A DNA stretch of 34,000 nt from Octopus bimaculoides. Taxonomy: Eukaryota. How positions within the stretch are numbered: position 1 is the stretch's first letter; each line of letters starts with the position of its first letter. The notes under the pieces were generated by a model. The model was not told the DNA's origin. It searched no databases and was given only the letters and a program-made list of their open reading frames with translations. The position numbers and the translations under genes are program-made. This document shows, piece after piece, positions 24,007-34,000 of the stretch. Location of the stretch: assembly GCF_001194135.2 (NCBI RefSeq), contig NC_068990.1, positions 82,105,514 to 82,139,513 on the forward strand, read 5' to 3'.

Positions 24007-24399
24007 AAAATTACTACTACTACTACTAATACTACTACTACTACTACTGGCAGCAGCAGCAGCAGCGCTATATAATTAAATATTAGTGTTTCCTAATCTG
24101 GGGTTTACCGCAAATTTGAACGAGACGACATAAAAATTAAAAAGTTAGGAGTGGGGCAGTGTCGTTGAAGTGGGACACACAACCACCACTCTGTTTCTTT
24201 CTAATATTTTCTATTATTGTCAATTTACTCTTTCAAATTTATATACAAAAATATACATACACATAACACATTCTGTATATCTCAATTTCCGTCGGAACAG
24301 AAAAAAAAACAAAAAACAAAGATTCATTTGATTGCTCGAAAATAATTTATCATTGATGAATTGAATTAAATATTATATTACTGCTTTGAAGTATATACA

Positions 24400-24778
24400 T
24401 CCGGTGAGAACCTTCAGCTCTAATTGCTTGCATCGCTTCGTTGAACTTTGGGCGAATGTTGTAAGAGTTCTGAGTGGTAAGCTGGTTGGAAAAGAAATCC
24501 TAGATGCTAAATGTGATACTACTTTTTAGATATATTTGAGACGATAAATTTGCAGAACAAACAACTTCTCAGTAAGAATATAAATATTTACATTTGAAAA
24601 GAGGTTACTAGTGCTTTCTTTGGCAAGTCTAATCTATTCAGGATCAATAATGAGCGATAGGTATTGATGCATTTTCGAACCCTCGTCACCATTCAGGAGG
24701 AACTGCAAAGAATATATTTTAGTGTACGTTGAGCACTTGAAGAAATTACACAATGATATTGAAATTAGATGAAATTTT
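24400..24778 (+). mobile_element. hAT (Buster/Charlie, ZBED5/FAM200-like) transposase relic, part 1
   Basis: NCLHRFVELWANVVRVLSGKLVGKEILDAKCD / YFLDIFETINLQNKQLLSKNINIY / YVEHLKKLHNDIEIR across frameshifts. Confidence 0.75.
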
Positions 24779-24782
24779 TTCT

Positions 24783-24988
24783 GGGTGGCTGTGTAGCAAG
24801 AAGTTTGCTTCCCAACCACATGGTTGCCGGTTCAGTCCCACTGCGTGGCATCTTGGTTAAGTGTCTTCCGATGTAGCCTTGGGCTGACCAAAGCCTTGTG
24901 AGTGGATTTNNNNNNNNNNACAGAAAAAACAAGGAGAGAAACACCGAGAGAATAAAATGTGTGTAGTGATCAGCGATCTATCATGGCG

Positions 24989-25040
<52 letters not shown>

Positions 25041-25260
25041 TTTATGTATCTGTGTGTCTGTAGTTGTCCTCCCACCACCGCTTGACAACCGATGCTGGTG
25101 TGTTTACGTCCCCGTAACTTAGCGGTTCGGCAAAAGAGAACGATAGAATAAGTACTAAGCTTACAAAGAATAAGTCCTGGGGGTTGATTTGTTCGACTAA
25201 AGGCGGTGCTCTAGCATGGCCGCAGTCAAATGACTGAAATAGGTAAAAGAATAAAGAATA
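24783..25260 (+). mobile_element. SINE family A, full-length, inserted in the hAT relic; contains 10-N gap at 24910-24919
   Basis: tRNA-like head (ggctgtgtagcaag...ggttcagtccca), body, internal (TA)/(TATG) tract, and 3' block identical in structure to 51-215. Confidence 0.9.
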
Positions 25261-25790
25261 TCATGCTGGAAGTCAGAGCTATTTGGTACAAATGCAGATA
25301 ATGTTGACATCAGAGTAGAAGAAAGCCTTATAAAGTTGCAGAGTAATCAAACTGCTGATGATATATTTAATCACAGGTTCAATAACTTATGGATGTGAGG
25401 TGAAATTGCTATGGCGCTCCCTTTGCTTTGGCAAGAAGTAAAATTATATATCATTGCTTTTCCTACTTCTTACCGAGTTGAGATTGGTTTTAACCAAATG
25501 TTTGTCCTGCTGTCAAAAGCGCGTAATCACTTTAAATTGTAAGCACAAGCGATCTTCGTTCATTTCTGGTAATCATGGACCATGATATCGTAAAACTTGC
25601 GAAACTGCAAGGATCTCACTGAATAAATATATGTAATAATGATACATACCCTTTTTCTTTTTCTTTTGCTAAAAATTATATTTTTGCGTTAAAAATAGTA
25701 ATCGTTTTGTATTAGTTATTAATTTTCTGGGTTCAACGGAAATTTTTTGTGATGCGTTTTACATCAGAAAAAAAAAGGTTTGATTTTAAA
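25261..25790 (+). mobile_element. hAT (Buster/Charlie) transposase relic, part 2 (dimerization domain) and 3' non-coding end
   Basis: LFGTNADNVDIRVEESLIKLQSN...LLWQEVKLYIIAFPTSYRVEIGFNQMFVLLSKARNH / DLRSFLVIMDHDIVKLAKLQGSH* (stop 25620-25622). The FPTSY.VE.GF motif and QGSH* end are typical of Buster-type hATs. Confidence 0.8.
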
Positions 25791-26003
25791 TGGTTGTTTT
25801 ATTGAAACCACAAATTATTTTTGTCTTTGTGAATAAAGAAAATAAATGTGCCATTAATAGACTCTGATATTTTCAAGGAGTCTATAGCGTTAAAGATAGA
25901 AAATAAGTTATCTTTAAAAAACGAAAAATATTAATACAAACTTTTGCTAAAAATGTGTTTCCATTACAAATTAGTCGTTTTAAAATCTTCATAGAAATAA
26001 ATT

Positions 26004-26314
26004 TTATGGTTAAAAACAGGCGTTTTGCGATCACGTGGTTTCGGCTTCAATCCCACCGCATGGTAGCTTGGGTAAGAGTCTTCTATAGCCCTGGGGTCAC
26101 CAATGCCATGTGAGTGAATTTGGTAGACGGAAAATTTGTAGAAGCCCGTCGTGTGTGTGTGTATGTTTGTGTGTGTTTGTACCCTCACCACGGCTTGGCG
26201 ATCGGTGTTGGTTTGTGTGCGCCTCTCGTGACTTAGACGTTCGGCAAAATAGACCGACGAAATAAGTATGAGGATTAAAATCAAAATAAGTCCTGGGGCT
26301 CACTTGTTCGACTA
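26004..26314 (+). mobile_element. SINE family A, degenerate copy
   Basis: gtgagtgaatttggtagacggaaa..agaagcccgtcg, (GT) tract, gttcggcaaaatagaccga..aataagtcctgggg. Confidence 0.85.
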
Positions 26315-26402
26315 CTTTGAAGAAAATAAAAGATGATAAAAGTAATTTAAAGCAATTCATATCTAAAATTTCATTATTTCATGATAAATTTTACAAAATT
26401 TG

Positions 26403-26585
26403 TTCAGTTCTATATTTAAGAGACGAGGAATTATGTACATTATTTACATTATTTACATTTGAGAGGTATTCGTCCTCGTCTTGTTTGTTGTTAACACAAC
26501 GTTTCGGCTGATATACCCTCCAGCCTTCATCAGGTGTCTTGGGGAAATTTCGAACCTGGATTCTCATTCCTAAGGTATTTTTCGA

Positions 26586-26629
<44 letters not shown>

Positions 26630-26702
26630 TTATTCAGGTCACTGCCTGGAATCGAACTCGGAATCTTGTGGTTAGTAGCCCACGCTCTTAACCACTAAGC
26701 TA
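26403..26702 (-). mobile_element. tRNA-headed SINE-like element with (AAT)n linker and hammerhead-containing tail
   Basis: Minus strand: A box TAGCTTAGTGG, B box GAGTTCGATTCC (26635-26702, resembles tRNA-Thr(AGT)), (AAT)n, then tail with hammerhead. The 3' boundary is uncertain. Confidence 0.75.
26493..26538 (-). ncRNA. Minimal type I hammerhead ribozyme motif
   Basis: GACAC-CUGAUGA-A-GGCUGG-agggtata-UCAGCC-GAAAC-GUU-GUGUU: complete core, 6-bp stem II, 5-bp stem I, loopless palindromic stem III (ACGU). Confidence 0.8.
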
Positions 26703-26879
26703 TAATAATAATAATAATAATGATAATAGCATCGAAAATACCTTAGGAATGAGAACCCAGGTTCGAAATTTCCCCAAGACACCTGATGAAGGTTGGAGTG
26801 TATATCAGCCGAAACGTTGTGCTAACAACAAACAAGATGAGGACAAATATCCATCAAATGTAAATAATGTAAATAATGT
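26702..26879 (+). repeat. Inverted copy of the (AAT)n linker and tail, forming a long inverted repeat with 26437-26634
   Basis: 26727-26879 vs reverse complement of 26437-26590: about 11 differences in ~154 nt by hand alignment. Confidence 0.95.
26778..26823 (+). ncRNA. Minimal type I hammerhead ribozyme motif (second copy)
   Basis: GACAC-CUGAUGA-A-GGUUGG-agtgtata-UCAGCC-GAAAC-GUU-GUGCU; core intact, stem II keeps pairing via U-G, one mismatch in stem I. Confidence 0.75.
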
Positions 26880-27904
26880 TCAAACTTTGTTGTTTTAAAG
26901 ATTTTTAATTTTCGCAAAAGCGGTTTGTTTCTTTTATTAACCATTTAGTACAATATAGAAAATATTTTTTCTCTGACAATGTCTAGGGCACCACAGTAAA
27001 ATTAAAGAATCCAAAAGGCCTCGAAACGACTCCAATGTTTGTTTTACACTTATTATGAAGCAAAATAGCAGAGCACCTTTCATATGATACGATCTCATAT
27101 CTTATATCATTCAGTCAATGAGGAAATTGACTTCTTTGCGTATCTAGCACGTAGAAGTAGACAGTAAATGATTTTTCATTGTTGATAAATTCATCATGTA
27201 GCTTTGCTTATTTCTCTCCCAGCTGTATACTAATTATAGAAACTAATTAGCAAGACTATCATATAATAATTATGTAGACATCAAGTGGTCCATTCAAATG
27301 GATTCACGTGTTTATATAATTTTCATCTTCATAAATATATAATTAGACGAACGTAGCAACCTATTTAGTACACAGCTTGGTAGCTTGACTTCAGCTGTCA
27401 GTCAAACTTACCACCCAGATAGATAAACGGAATGATAGACAGACCGAAGAACAAGCAAATAGACATGCAAACATAAACAGACTTACAAATCGATCGATCA
27501 ATATAGAGAAAGAAAAATATTGAAAGTCTCGGAACTAGTGATGGCTTGCATTGGTAAGAGTCAGTTCAGTGAAGTTCATAAAATAGAATAAGTTGTATTC
27601 CACGTAGAAGACAAATCTAACATTCCAAGACAGGACTTAGGAGATATGTGGAGAAAGGTGCATTGGAAAGCTGAAAATTGGTTTTAAAACTATGAGAAAC
27701 TAAACAGAAATGACTGGCTGGTGGGCGGAGAAATGATGACAGAATATCAATGAATATAAAAGATCAGGTGTGAAATACAGGTAGATGATTAAAAGAAATA
27801 TTCACACTCACAGTTTAGTCTCATATCAATCCTATGCGAACACACTTAGAATCAACGGCATTTCATGCACAAACATCTCGTGTTACTTTCCTTCTAGGTA
27901 TGGC

Positions 27905-28190
27905 TTCAGGCATAGACATCTGGTTAAGAAATTCGCCTCGTAATCTTGAGGTTTCTGTTTCAGTCTCACTTTGCGGCACATCGGGTCTGCTACTATAGAT
28001 CTAGACTGATTAATACCGTGTTAGTGTATTTGAAAGATGAAAACGGCATGAAAGCCCGTCGTGTGCATGTGTGTGTTTGTGTGTGTATGTGTGTGTATGT
28101 GTGTGTTTGTTTGTTTTTTTACTTCTTAACAAACGGTGTTAATTTGTTCACGTCGTCGCGGTTCAGTAAAAAGAATCCAACAGAATTAGC
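27905..28190 (+). mobile_element. SINE family A, highly degenerate copy
   Basis: tggttaagaaattcgcctc head, gaaagcccgtcgtgtg block, gcggttcagtaaaaagaatccaacagaat 3' block. Confidence 0.7.
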
Positions 28191-28261
28191 AGAATTAATA
28201 CAACTAATGATCTCCAACTGTAGATCCATGGCTTTTCCAGATCGACGGATGTCTATCTATC

Positions 28262-28595
28262 CAGTGGCGGAGTAGGTCTAAAAATATTGGTTGCCAGGTG
28301 ACTAAGGAGGCCCACCCGCAACTACACGGAGGCGCACCCGCAACTACAAGGGGGCCCACCCGCAACTACAATGCTATAATTTAATTTTTTTTATTTTTAA
28401 AGTTTTCTTTTCAACTGTCTACAAACACAGCCAGGCTGAAATAATAAATGCATTCTTCCAGGAGTGAATAAAAAATTCTCAAACTTGAGGAGATGGGCCC
28501 CTTAGATACTAACATTGGCCCCCATATATGGATTCTAATGGCGCAGAGGCTCACTTGCCATCGGGCAAGCTGGCAACCTGGCCAGTCTGCTACTG
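28262..28595. mobile_element. hAT-type MITE (334 bp) with 3x22-bp subterminal repeats
   Basis: TIR cagtggcggagtag vs reverse complement cagtagcagactgg (10/14). Flanks tatctatc / tctatatc (6/8, fits an 8-bp TSD). Internal ggaggcccacccgcaactacac-type unit x3 at 28306-28371. Confidence 0.7.
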
Positions 28596-28740
28596 TCTAT
28601 ATCTACCTATACCCACTAATTATTTATAGTTTCACCGTTAAAAATATTCTACTTCATATCTCTCGAGGTCTCTTGTGACGTAAGTCGTGCCTTTATTATT
28701 TTGATTCGTATTTTTCTCAAACTGAGTTGGAATTTGAATT

Positions 28741-28958
28741 CTCTTCTACTCTAAGAACAAGGCCTAAAATTTTGGGGGCGGAGGCCAGTCATTTTGATCG
28801 ACTCCAGTACGCAACTGGCACTTAGTTTATCGACCCCGAAAGGATGAAAGGCAAAGTCGACCTCGGCGGAATTTGAACTCAGAATGTAACGTAAGACGAA
28901 ATACTGCTAAGCATTTCGCCCGGCGTGTTAACGTTTCTGCAAGCTCGCCGCCCTTAGC
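28741..28958 (-). mobile_element. SINE family B, full-length, with 13-bp TSD
   Basis: Complete head-to-tail match with 23614-23820; tggaatttgaatt duplicated at 28728-28740 and 28959-28971. Confidence 0.92.
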
Positions 28959-28974
28959 TGGAATTTGAATTAAA

Positions 28975-29234
28975 AAAAGTTCGTTATGAGATCAGAAAAT
29001 TGAAACAAAAAACGGATTCTGCGAAAAAGAGGGATTAGTCCACCTCTCTTTCTTTAAATTGTACTATTCATACGTTCTATCAAATGTCTATTCACTCCTA
29101 AACGTATACAGCATGAATTAATGTCAAACGAGTTTTTATTTTTTATTTTTGCAGATCTCATTATAACAAACTTTTCGTTACAACGAAATTTTATTATGCC
29201 TCGTCGATTTCGTTATAAGTGATTTTAGTCTGTA
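28975..29234. mobile_element. Possible Tc1/mariner (pogo/Tigger-like) MITE fragment
   Basis: Repeated ttcgttata/ataacgaa motifs and an end in ...gtctg|TA; left end not resolved. Confidence 0.4.
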
Positions 29235-29704
29235 TGCATGCATGTGTGTGTTTGTATGTGCTTGTGTGTGTTCGTTGTGAGTGGATGTAAGTGGGAGAGA
29301 GCTCACAAGCATCACTTGGATTTTCACAAATACTCAGATGCGTGTCTAAGTTTTCAGATGCACTTGGAGATTGATACGTTAGCCATCTTCCGCAAGAAAG
29401 TTGTTTTCTTACTGGTCGATGGTGAACAAGACAGCCATTACATATTCCAGACAACCTGATGGAAACGTAGAGAACTTATTTAGATTACTTATTTAGAAGG
29501 TGACATAAGCTGGGGAGGAACTAGATTGACTTTCGTCGGTAATGGAGTTAATGATTTTCGGCAGTAACTGATTCTCTCGGGAATTATGTTTCAGGTTGGC
29601 TTGTTAGAACTGAACCAGGACAGAGGTTCATCCGTGACGGCAGAAAGAAATGTAGTCGGATTTTTGTTGAGAGAAAGTGTAAAAGATATAAAACAGAAAT
29701 AAAA

Positions 29705-29797
29705 TATACATACATACAGACAGATACACCTGCACATACATACATACATACATACATGCATATACATACATGCATGCATATCTGTATTTACGATATA

Positions 29798-29832
<35 letters not shown>
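29705..29832. repeat. (CATA)/(TA) microsatellite
   Basis: Direct reading. Confidence 0.93.
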
Positions 29833-29835
<3 letters not shown>

Positions 29836-30249
29836 TAAAGTGAATTGGAGGCGCTTGATATGGCTATAAAAGAATTATACACATATACAAGAAGCTGGAA
29901 TGAAATTATCGATTTCTTCCAATAAGTTATATTCAATAAAATTACTTAAGAGTTCTTTGATTTATATAAGAGAAATTTAATCTATACAGTGAATTCTAAA
30001 AGCGATATATATACAATATTATTTAATAACATATTCATAATTATGGAACATACAATATCAGTGTCGGTATTTATAGAAAACTGAAAGTTGTAATACAACA
30101 TAGGCGTACATATACGTACTAGACTGTATTGTATTCACATACATTACATAGACACACAAATAGATACAAACGCATATTCACATACAGATAAACGAATGCT
30201 TTCTACTATACAGAATTAATTCATTGCTTATGTACGACAAATATTCGCG

Positions 30250-30250
<1 letters not shown>

Positions 30251-30286
<36 letters not shown>

Positions 30287-30673
30287 ACATAATACATATA
30301 TATATATATATATACATACGTATATATATATACATATACATACATATATNNNNNNNNNNGTGTGCATGCATATTATATGTCTATATATGTACATACACAC
30401 ATTCACACACACACACACACACACACATACATGCATGTGTATATGTGTGGGCGTACGTAACCCCATACACACGCAAACGCAAACTCACACACATGTGAAT
30501 AGTAGATACATATGTGCCACCCGATACATTTGTCAATTCCCCTAAAATTGAAATTTTTTTTCACTGTCAGTGCTCAATAAAATATTAAAAGTTGATTAGA
30601 GCTTTGATAAGAAAGTCTATGTAAAGAACATAATGAAATAATCTTGTATACGTACGTATATATATATACATAC

Positions 30674-30718
<45 letters not shown>

Positions 30719-31240
30719 NNNNNNNNNNNNNNNNNNNNNNNNNNNNNNNNNNNNNNNNNNNNNNNNNNNNNNNNNNNNNNNNNNNNNNNNNNNNNNNNNN
30801 NNNNNNNNNNNNNNNNNNNNNNNNNNNNNNNNNNNNNNNNNNNNNNNNNNNNNNNNNNNNNNNNNNNNNNNNNNNNNNNNNNNNNNNNNNNNNNNNNNNN
30901 NNNNNNNNNNNNNNNNNNNNNNNNNNNNNNNNNNNNNNNNNNNNNNNNNNNNNNNNNNNNNNNNNNNNNNNNNNNNNNNNNNNNNNNNNNNNNNNNNNNN
31001 NNNNNNNNNNNNNNNNNNNNNNNNNNNNNNNNNNNNNNNNNNNNNNNNNNNNNNNNNNNNNNNNNNNNNNNNNNNNNNNNNNNNNNNNNNNNNNNNNNNN
31101 NNNNNNNNNNNNNNNNNNNNNNNNNNNNNNNNNNNNNNNNNNNNNNNNNNNNNNNNNNNNNNNNNNNNNNNNNNNNNNNNNNNNNNNNNNNNNNNNNNNN
31201 NNNNNNNNNNNNTATATATATAATATATATATATATATAT
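30251..31240. repeat. (CA)/(TA)/(CATA) microsatellite field with gaps at 30350-30359 and 30719-31212
   Basis: Direct reading; N runs. Confidence 0.93.
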
Positions 31241-31671
31241 TACCTCGTTTCAGAGCAGTATGTTTCGATGTTTCAGCATATCACATAAGCTGGGAGTGAA
31301 TAAAGACGAATTTTAGTGACAGAGTTATATAGATGCGTGTGTAGGTGTGTAGACATCTCTCAATATATAAGTGTATATGTGTGTGTGCGTGTGCATGTGT
31401 ATGTCCGTGTATGTGTGTATAATCTTACACATACCTATATACATACATATGAATTATATCTATATACACATATATACACACATGCACACACACACACACA
31501 CGCACAAATGATTGTACGTGAGGCGAAAGAACAAAAGGAGAGATGGGAGCAATATATATTTAAAATAGTAAATCCCAAAAAACGAAGAACAAACAGGAAA
31601 AAAATAACAACAACATGAAGATGTGGTGCATGCAAAGTGTTATCAGACGCTCAGGGAAGGAAAGAAAGGTG

Positions 31672-31705
31672 GTTTTACGTCTCGAGCAAAGCTCTCTTCA
31701 GAAAC
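31672..31705 (-). ncRNA. Minimal type I hammerhead motif, different family, one core substitution
   Basis: GUUU-CUGAAGA-GAGC-uuu-GCUC-GAGAC-GUA-AAAC: perfect 4-bp stems I and II, loopless stem III, GAAAC reads GAGAC (A14G). Confidence 0.65.
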
Positions 31706-31879
31706 AGGTGACAGAAAAGGAAGACGGAGGAAAAATCACCAATGATTCACATGTGGTTATGGACATAAATTTCTGTCCTATACTGATTGTTTAAAACCTT
31801 GCCACACACCTCTATATTTATTACTGTTCATGATGATCACATACACACATACATGTACGTGACATATATACATAACCAC

Positions 31880-32325
31880 AAAACCAGCTACAGCTCGATC
31901 ACCGACATCAACAATCTCATAGCAAGATATTAGACAACCTGTATCGATACACACTGCAGCTTCAAAACCCCAACAACATACTAAATATTCCTGCAACATA
32001 CATTTCCCTGTTGTTGTTTTTATATACAACTTTAGTTAAGTTGCTTTAGTCGCCCCAACTGGATCTACCTCTAATACTAAACTAACATTTTATGTAAGAA
32101 TAGTCTAAGAAAAATTCAAGAAGCGATATAACAACCACATACAAATTTCAGTGATATAGAAATGAGAAAAGCAGTGCAACTACCATATCACACCTGGAAC
32201 TGAAAAAGAGTAAAAGAATTGAATGTAACGTGGAAAACACTCGAAAGTCCTAAATCATAAAAAATTGAACCAAACCAGTATGATATCTGTACAGATAAGA
32301 ATAGCCTCATACTTTAGAATACATG
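31880..32325 (+). mobile_element. Penelope-like element relic (linker + GIY-YIG endonuclease)
   Basis: KTSYSSITDINNLIARY (VKxSYSCxxNxxxII-like linker), TFYVRIV*EKFKKRYNNH (YIG...FKxRYxxH), FSDIEMRKAVQLPYHTW, NVTWKTLE, YDICTDKNSLIL; several stops and frameshifts. Confidence 0.75.
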
Positions 32326-32962
32326 ATCAGAAAAAGATTAGCAAAAGCAAGCACTTCAACAAACATTTGACACAACGCTGTGATTCACCACAATCACTTC
32401 CATCACCTCCACCAAGCCAGAGACAACGACATGTTACGCAAACAACACAGAATATCGCAGACAAACACTGATCCTTTCCAACCATACAAAACCCTAGTTT
32501 CACTCATGCGCCCTTCCATCCGCTTTCCGTTTTTCTTTTTATATTTCCTCTCTTCCCTTTTTTCCCCCTACTTTTTTCCCGTTTATATTCCTTACCAATT
32601 TTCCAGAATATTTGCTGTCACAAAAATTAATCCCTTGTTATACGTGTGTGCTAATATATTCACACACAAAATTGTATCTGGAAGTCCGTTCATTTATAGA
32701 TGCACATATGTTGAATATGTTTTTGGTACTTATATGTACCCTAATATACACGTATTTCTGAATATAAACAGTGTATGTGCATGCCTCATGTACGGTAGTA
32801 TTCATACAGGTGTGAGCAAGTGTGTATATGAGAGAATATTTTATTTATGCATTTATACATATTTGTGCGTACACACACTTCTATGCATAAAGATACATTT
32901 ATGTAAGATAAATAGAAGGGCATTTGGCAATGCCTATACATTAGTGTACGGGTATATAGGAA

Positions 32963-32994
<32 letters not shown>

Positions 32995-33947
32995 CAAATG
33001 TATATGCCCGCGTATACACACACTTAAACGAATAGAAACATATGCATGTTCGTAAATATATCGTAGATGCGTGTACTTGTCTGTATCTTCACAACCGGGT
33101 ATGGACATCATCTTCTGCTTGTATGCGTGTTTCTGTGTGTACAATATGGGTCGCGTGTGTATATATTTACATGAGTACACGGCGAACGTGCGTGTGTGCC
33201 TATGCACCTACTATTTGTGCACAAATGGTTACACAGTATAACGAGCGTGCAATTTATAAAATATGATCATATCCTATACCTGTCCCCATGTGTATAGAAA
33301 TATATGAGTGTATATAGTTTATGTATGAGCAGAATTAGACATAGAGGGGTGTTTATGTATTTATATCAAATAAAATCTTTACAACACAGCAGATATTTTC
33401 TAATCAGACAATGAAGAAATAATTTACCACAACCCATTAACGATAATGTCCCCTGAATCGTAAGAGCCTCGTTTTAGTCGCAGTAAAGATATGACGAGAC
33501 ACTGAGGACTAATGTCTAATAAGATATTGCAAAACTACCATCACATCACAACCTAGCTAAATTGTATGTTTTTCTTTCATATATTTCCTACTCTAAATAA
33601 TATTGATTGCTTTCATTTGCGTTCATAACCCCAACTATGTATGTATGTATGTATGCATGTATATACGTGTGTGTGTGTATGTTTACACGCAAACACTCGA
33701 GCGCGTGCACACAGATGCACAAAAACTAGTAAATTTATTTACATGCGTGCTTTTAATGAGTGCCAAAATTTTCCCCTGCTGTACAAATAGACCATGTGGG
33801 TAAACCAAGAGGTTGTCTCCAATGTACTGAATGGATGATAAGCTTAATTAGATACACCGGTTATTACCAGTTCATCGGAAGTGATTGCTCCAACAGATCT
33901 ATAGAGTGAAAACCTGAGAGAAAGAGAAAGAGAGAAAAGAGAGAGAA

Positions 33948-33948
<1 letters not shown>

Positions 33949-34000
<52 letters not shown>
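33949..34000. repeat. (CA)n(TA)n microsatellite
   Basis: Direct reading. Confidence 0.95.

Noticed and set aside
23815-24050. Real duplication of aaaattactact...ctggc across the gap
   Set aside because: Identical flanks on both sides of an N run most likely reflect overlapping contig ends.
26635-26702. Functional tRNA gene (also heads at 13526, 10193, 21471, 24783)
   Set aside because: The 5' acceptor strand is missing or unpaired, anticodon arms are imperfect, and each head runs into SINE body sequence.
27610-27725. RTE LINE 3' coding remnant (…LNRNDW)
   Set aside because: Only a few residues match; too weak to support.
28306-28371. CRISPR-like array
   Set aside because: Three contiguous 22-bp units with no unique spacers, inside a MITE in eukaryotic DNA, with no cas genes.
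28630-28679. 50-nt exon ending at GAC|GTAAGT
   Set aside because: Weak polypyrimidine tract and no recognisable peptide; such donors occur by chance in AT-rich DNA.
15595-31288. Long ORFs spanning X runs (15595-16744, 22202-22733, 23756-24079, 30644-31288)
   Set aside because: They are open only because N bases contain no stops.

Overview
AT-rich eukaryotic genomic DNA from a gapped draft assembly (7 N-runs), densely packed with microsatellites and decayed transposons. The repeat families match my recollection of octopus (coleoid cephalopod) DNA; this is inference, as no search was run. No intact host gene is visible, and nearly all ORF-track entries are repeat or N artefacts. Recognisable content: (1) several tRNA-derived SINE families in multiple copies; (2) relics of two R4/Dong-type RLE LINEs, two CR1-clade LINEs, one RTE LINE and a Penelope-like (GIY-YIG) element; (3) two hAT transposase relics, one split by a SINE; (4) several MITEs. 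The most interesting signal is a set of minimal type I hammerhead ribozyme motifs. A tRNA-headed SINE-like element at 26403-26879 carries a hammerhead in its tail and is joined head-to-head to an inverted copy of that tail, giving two hammerheads and ~154-bp foldback arms. A second, unrelated hammerhead at 31672-31705 sits next to the Penelope-like relic. A well-signalled 14-nt microexon candidate (22963-22976) suggests the window may be intronic. Boundaries of decayed elements are approximate.
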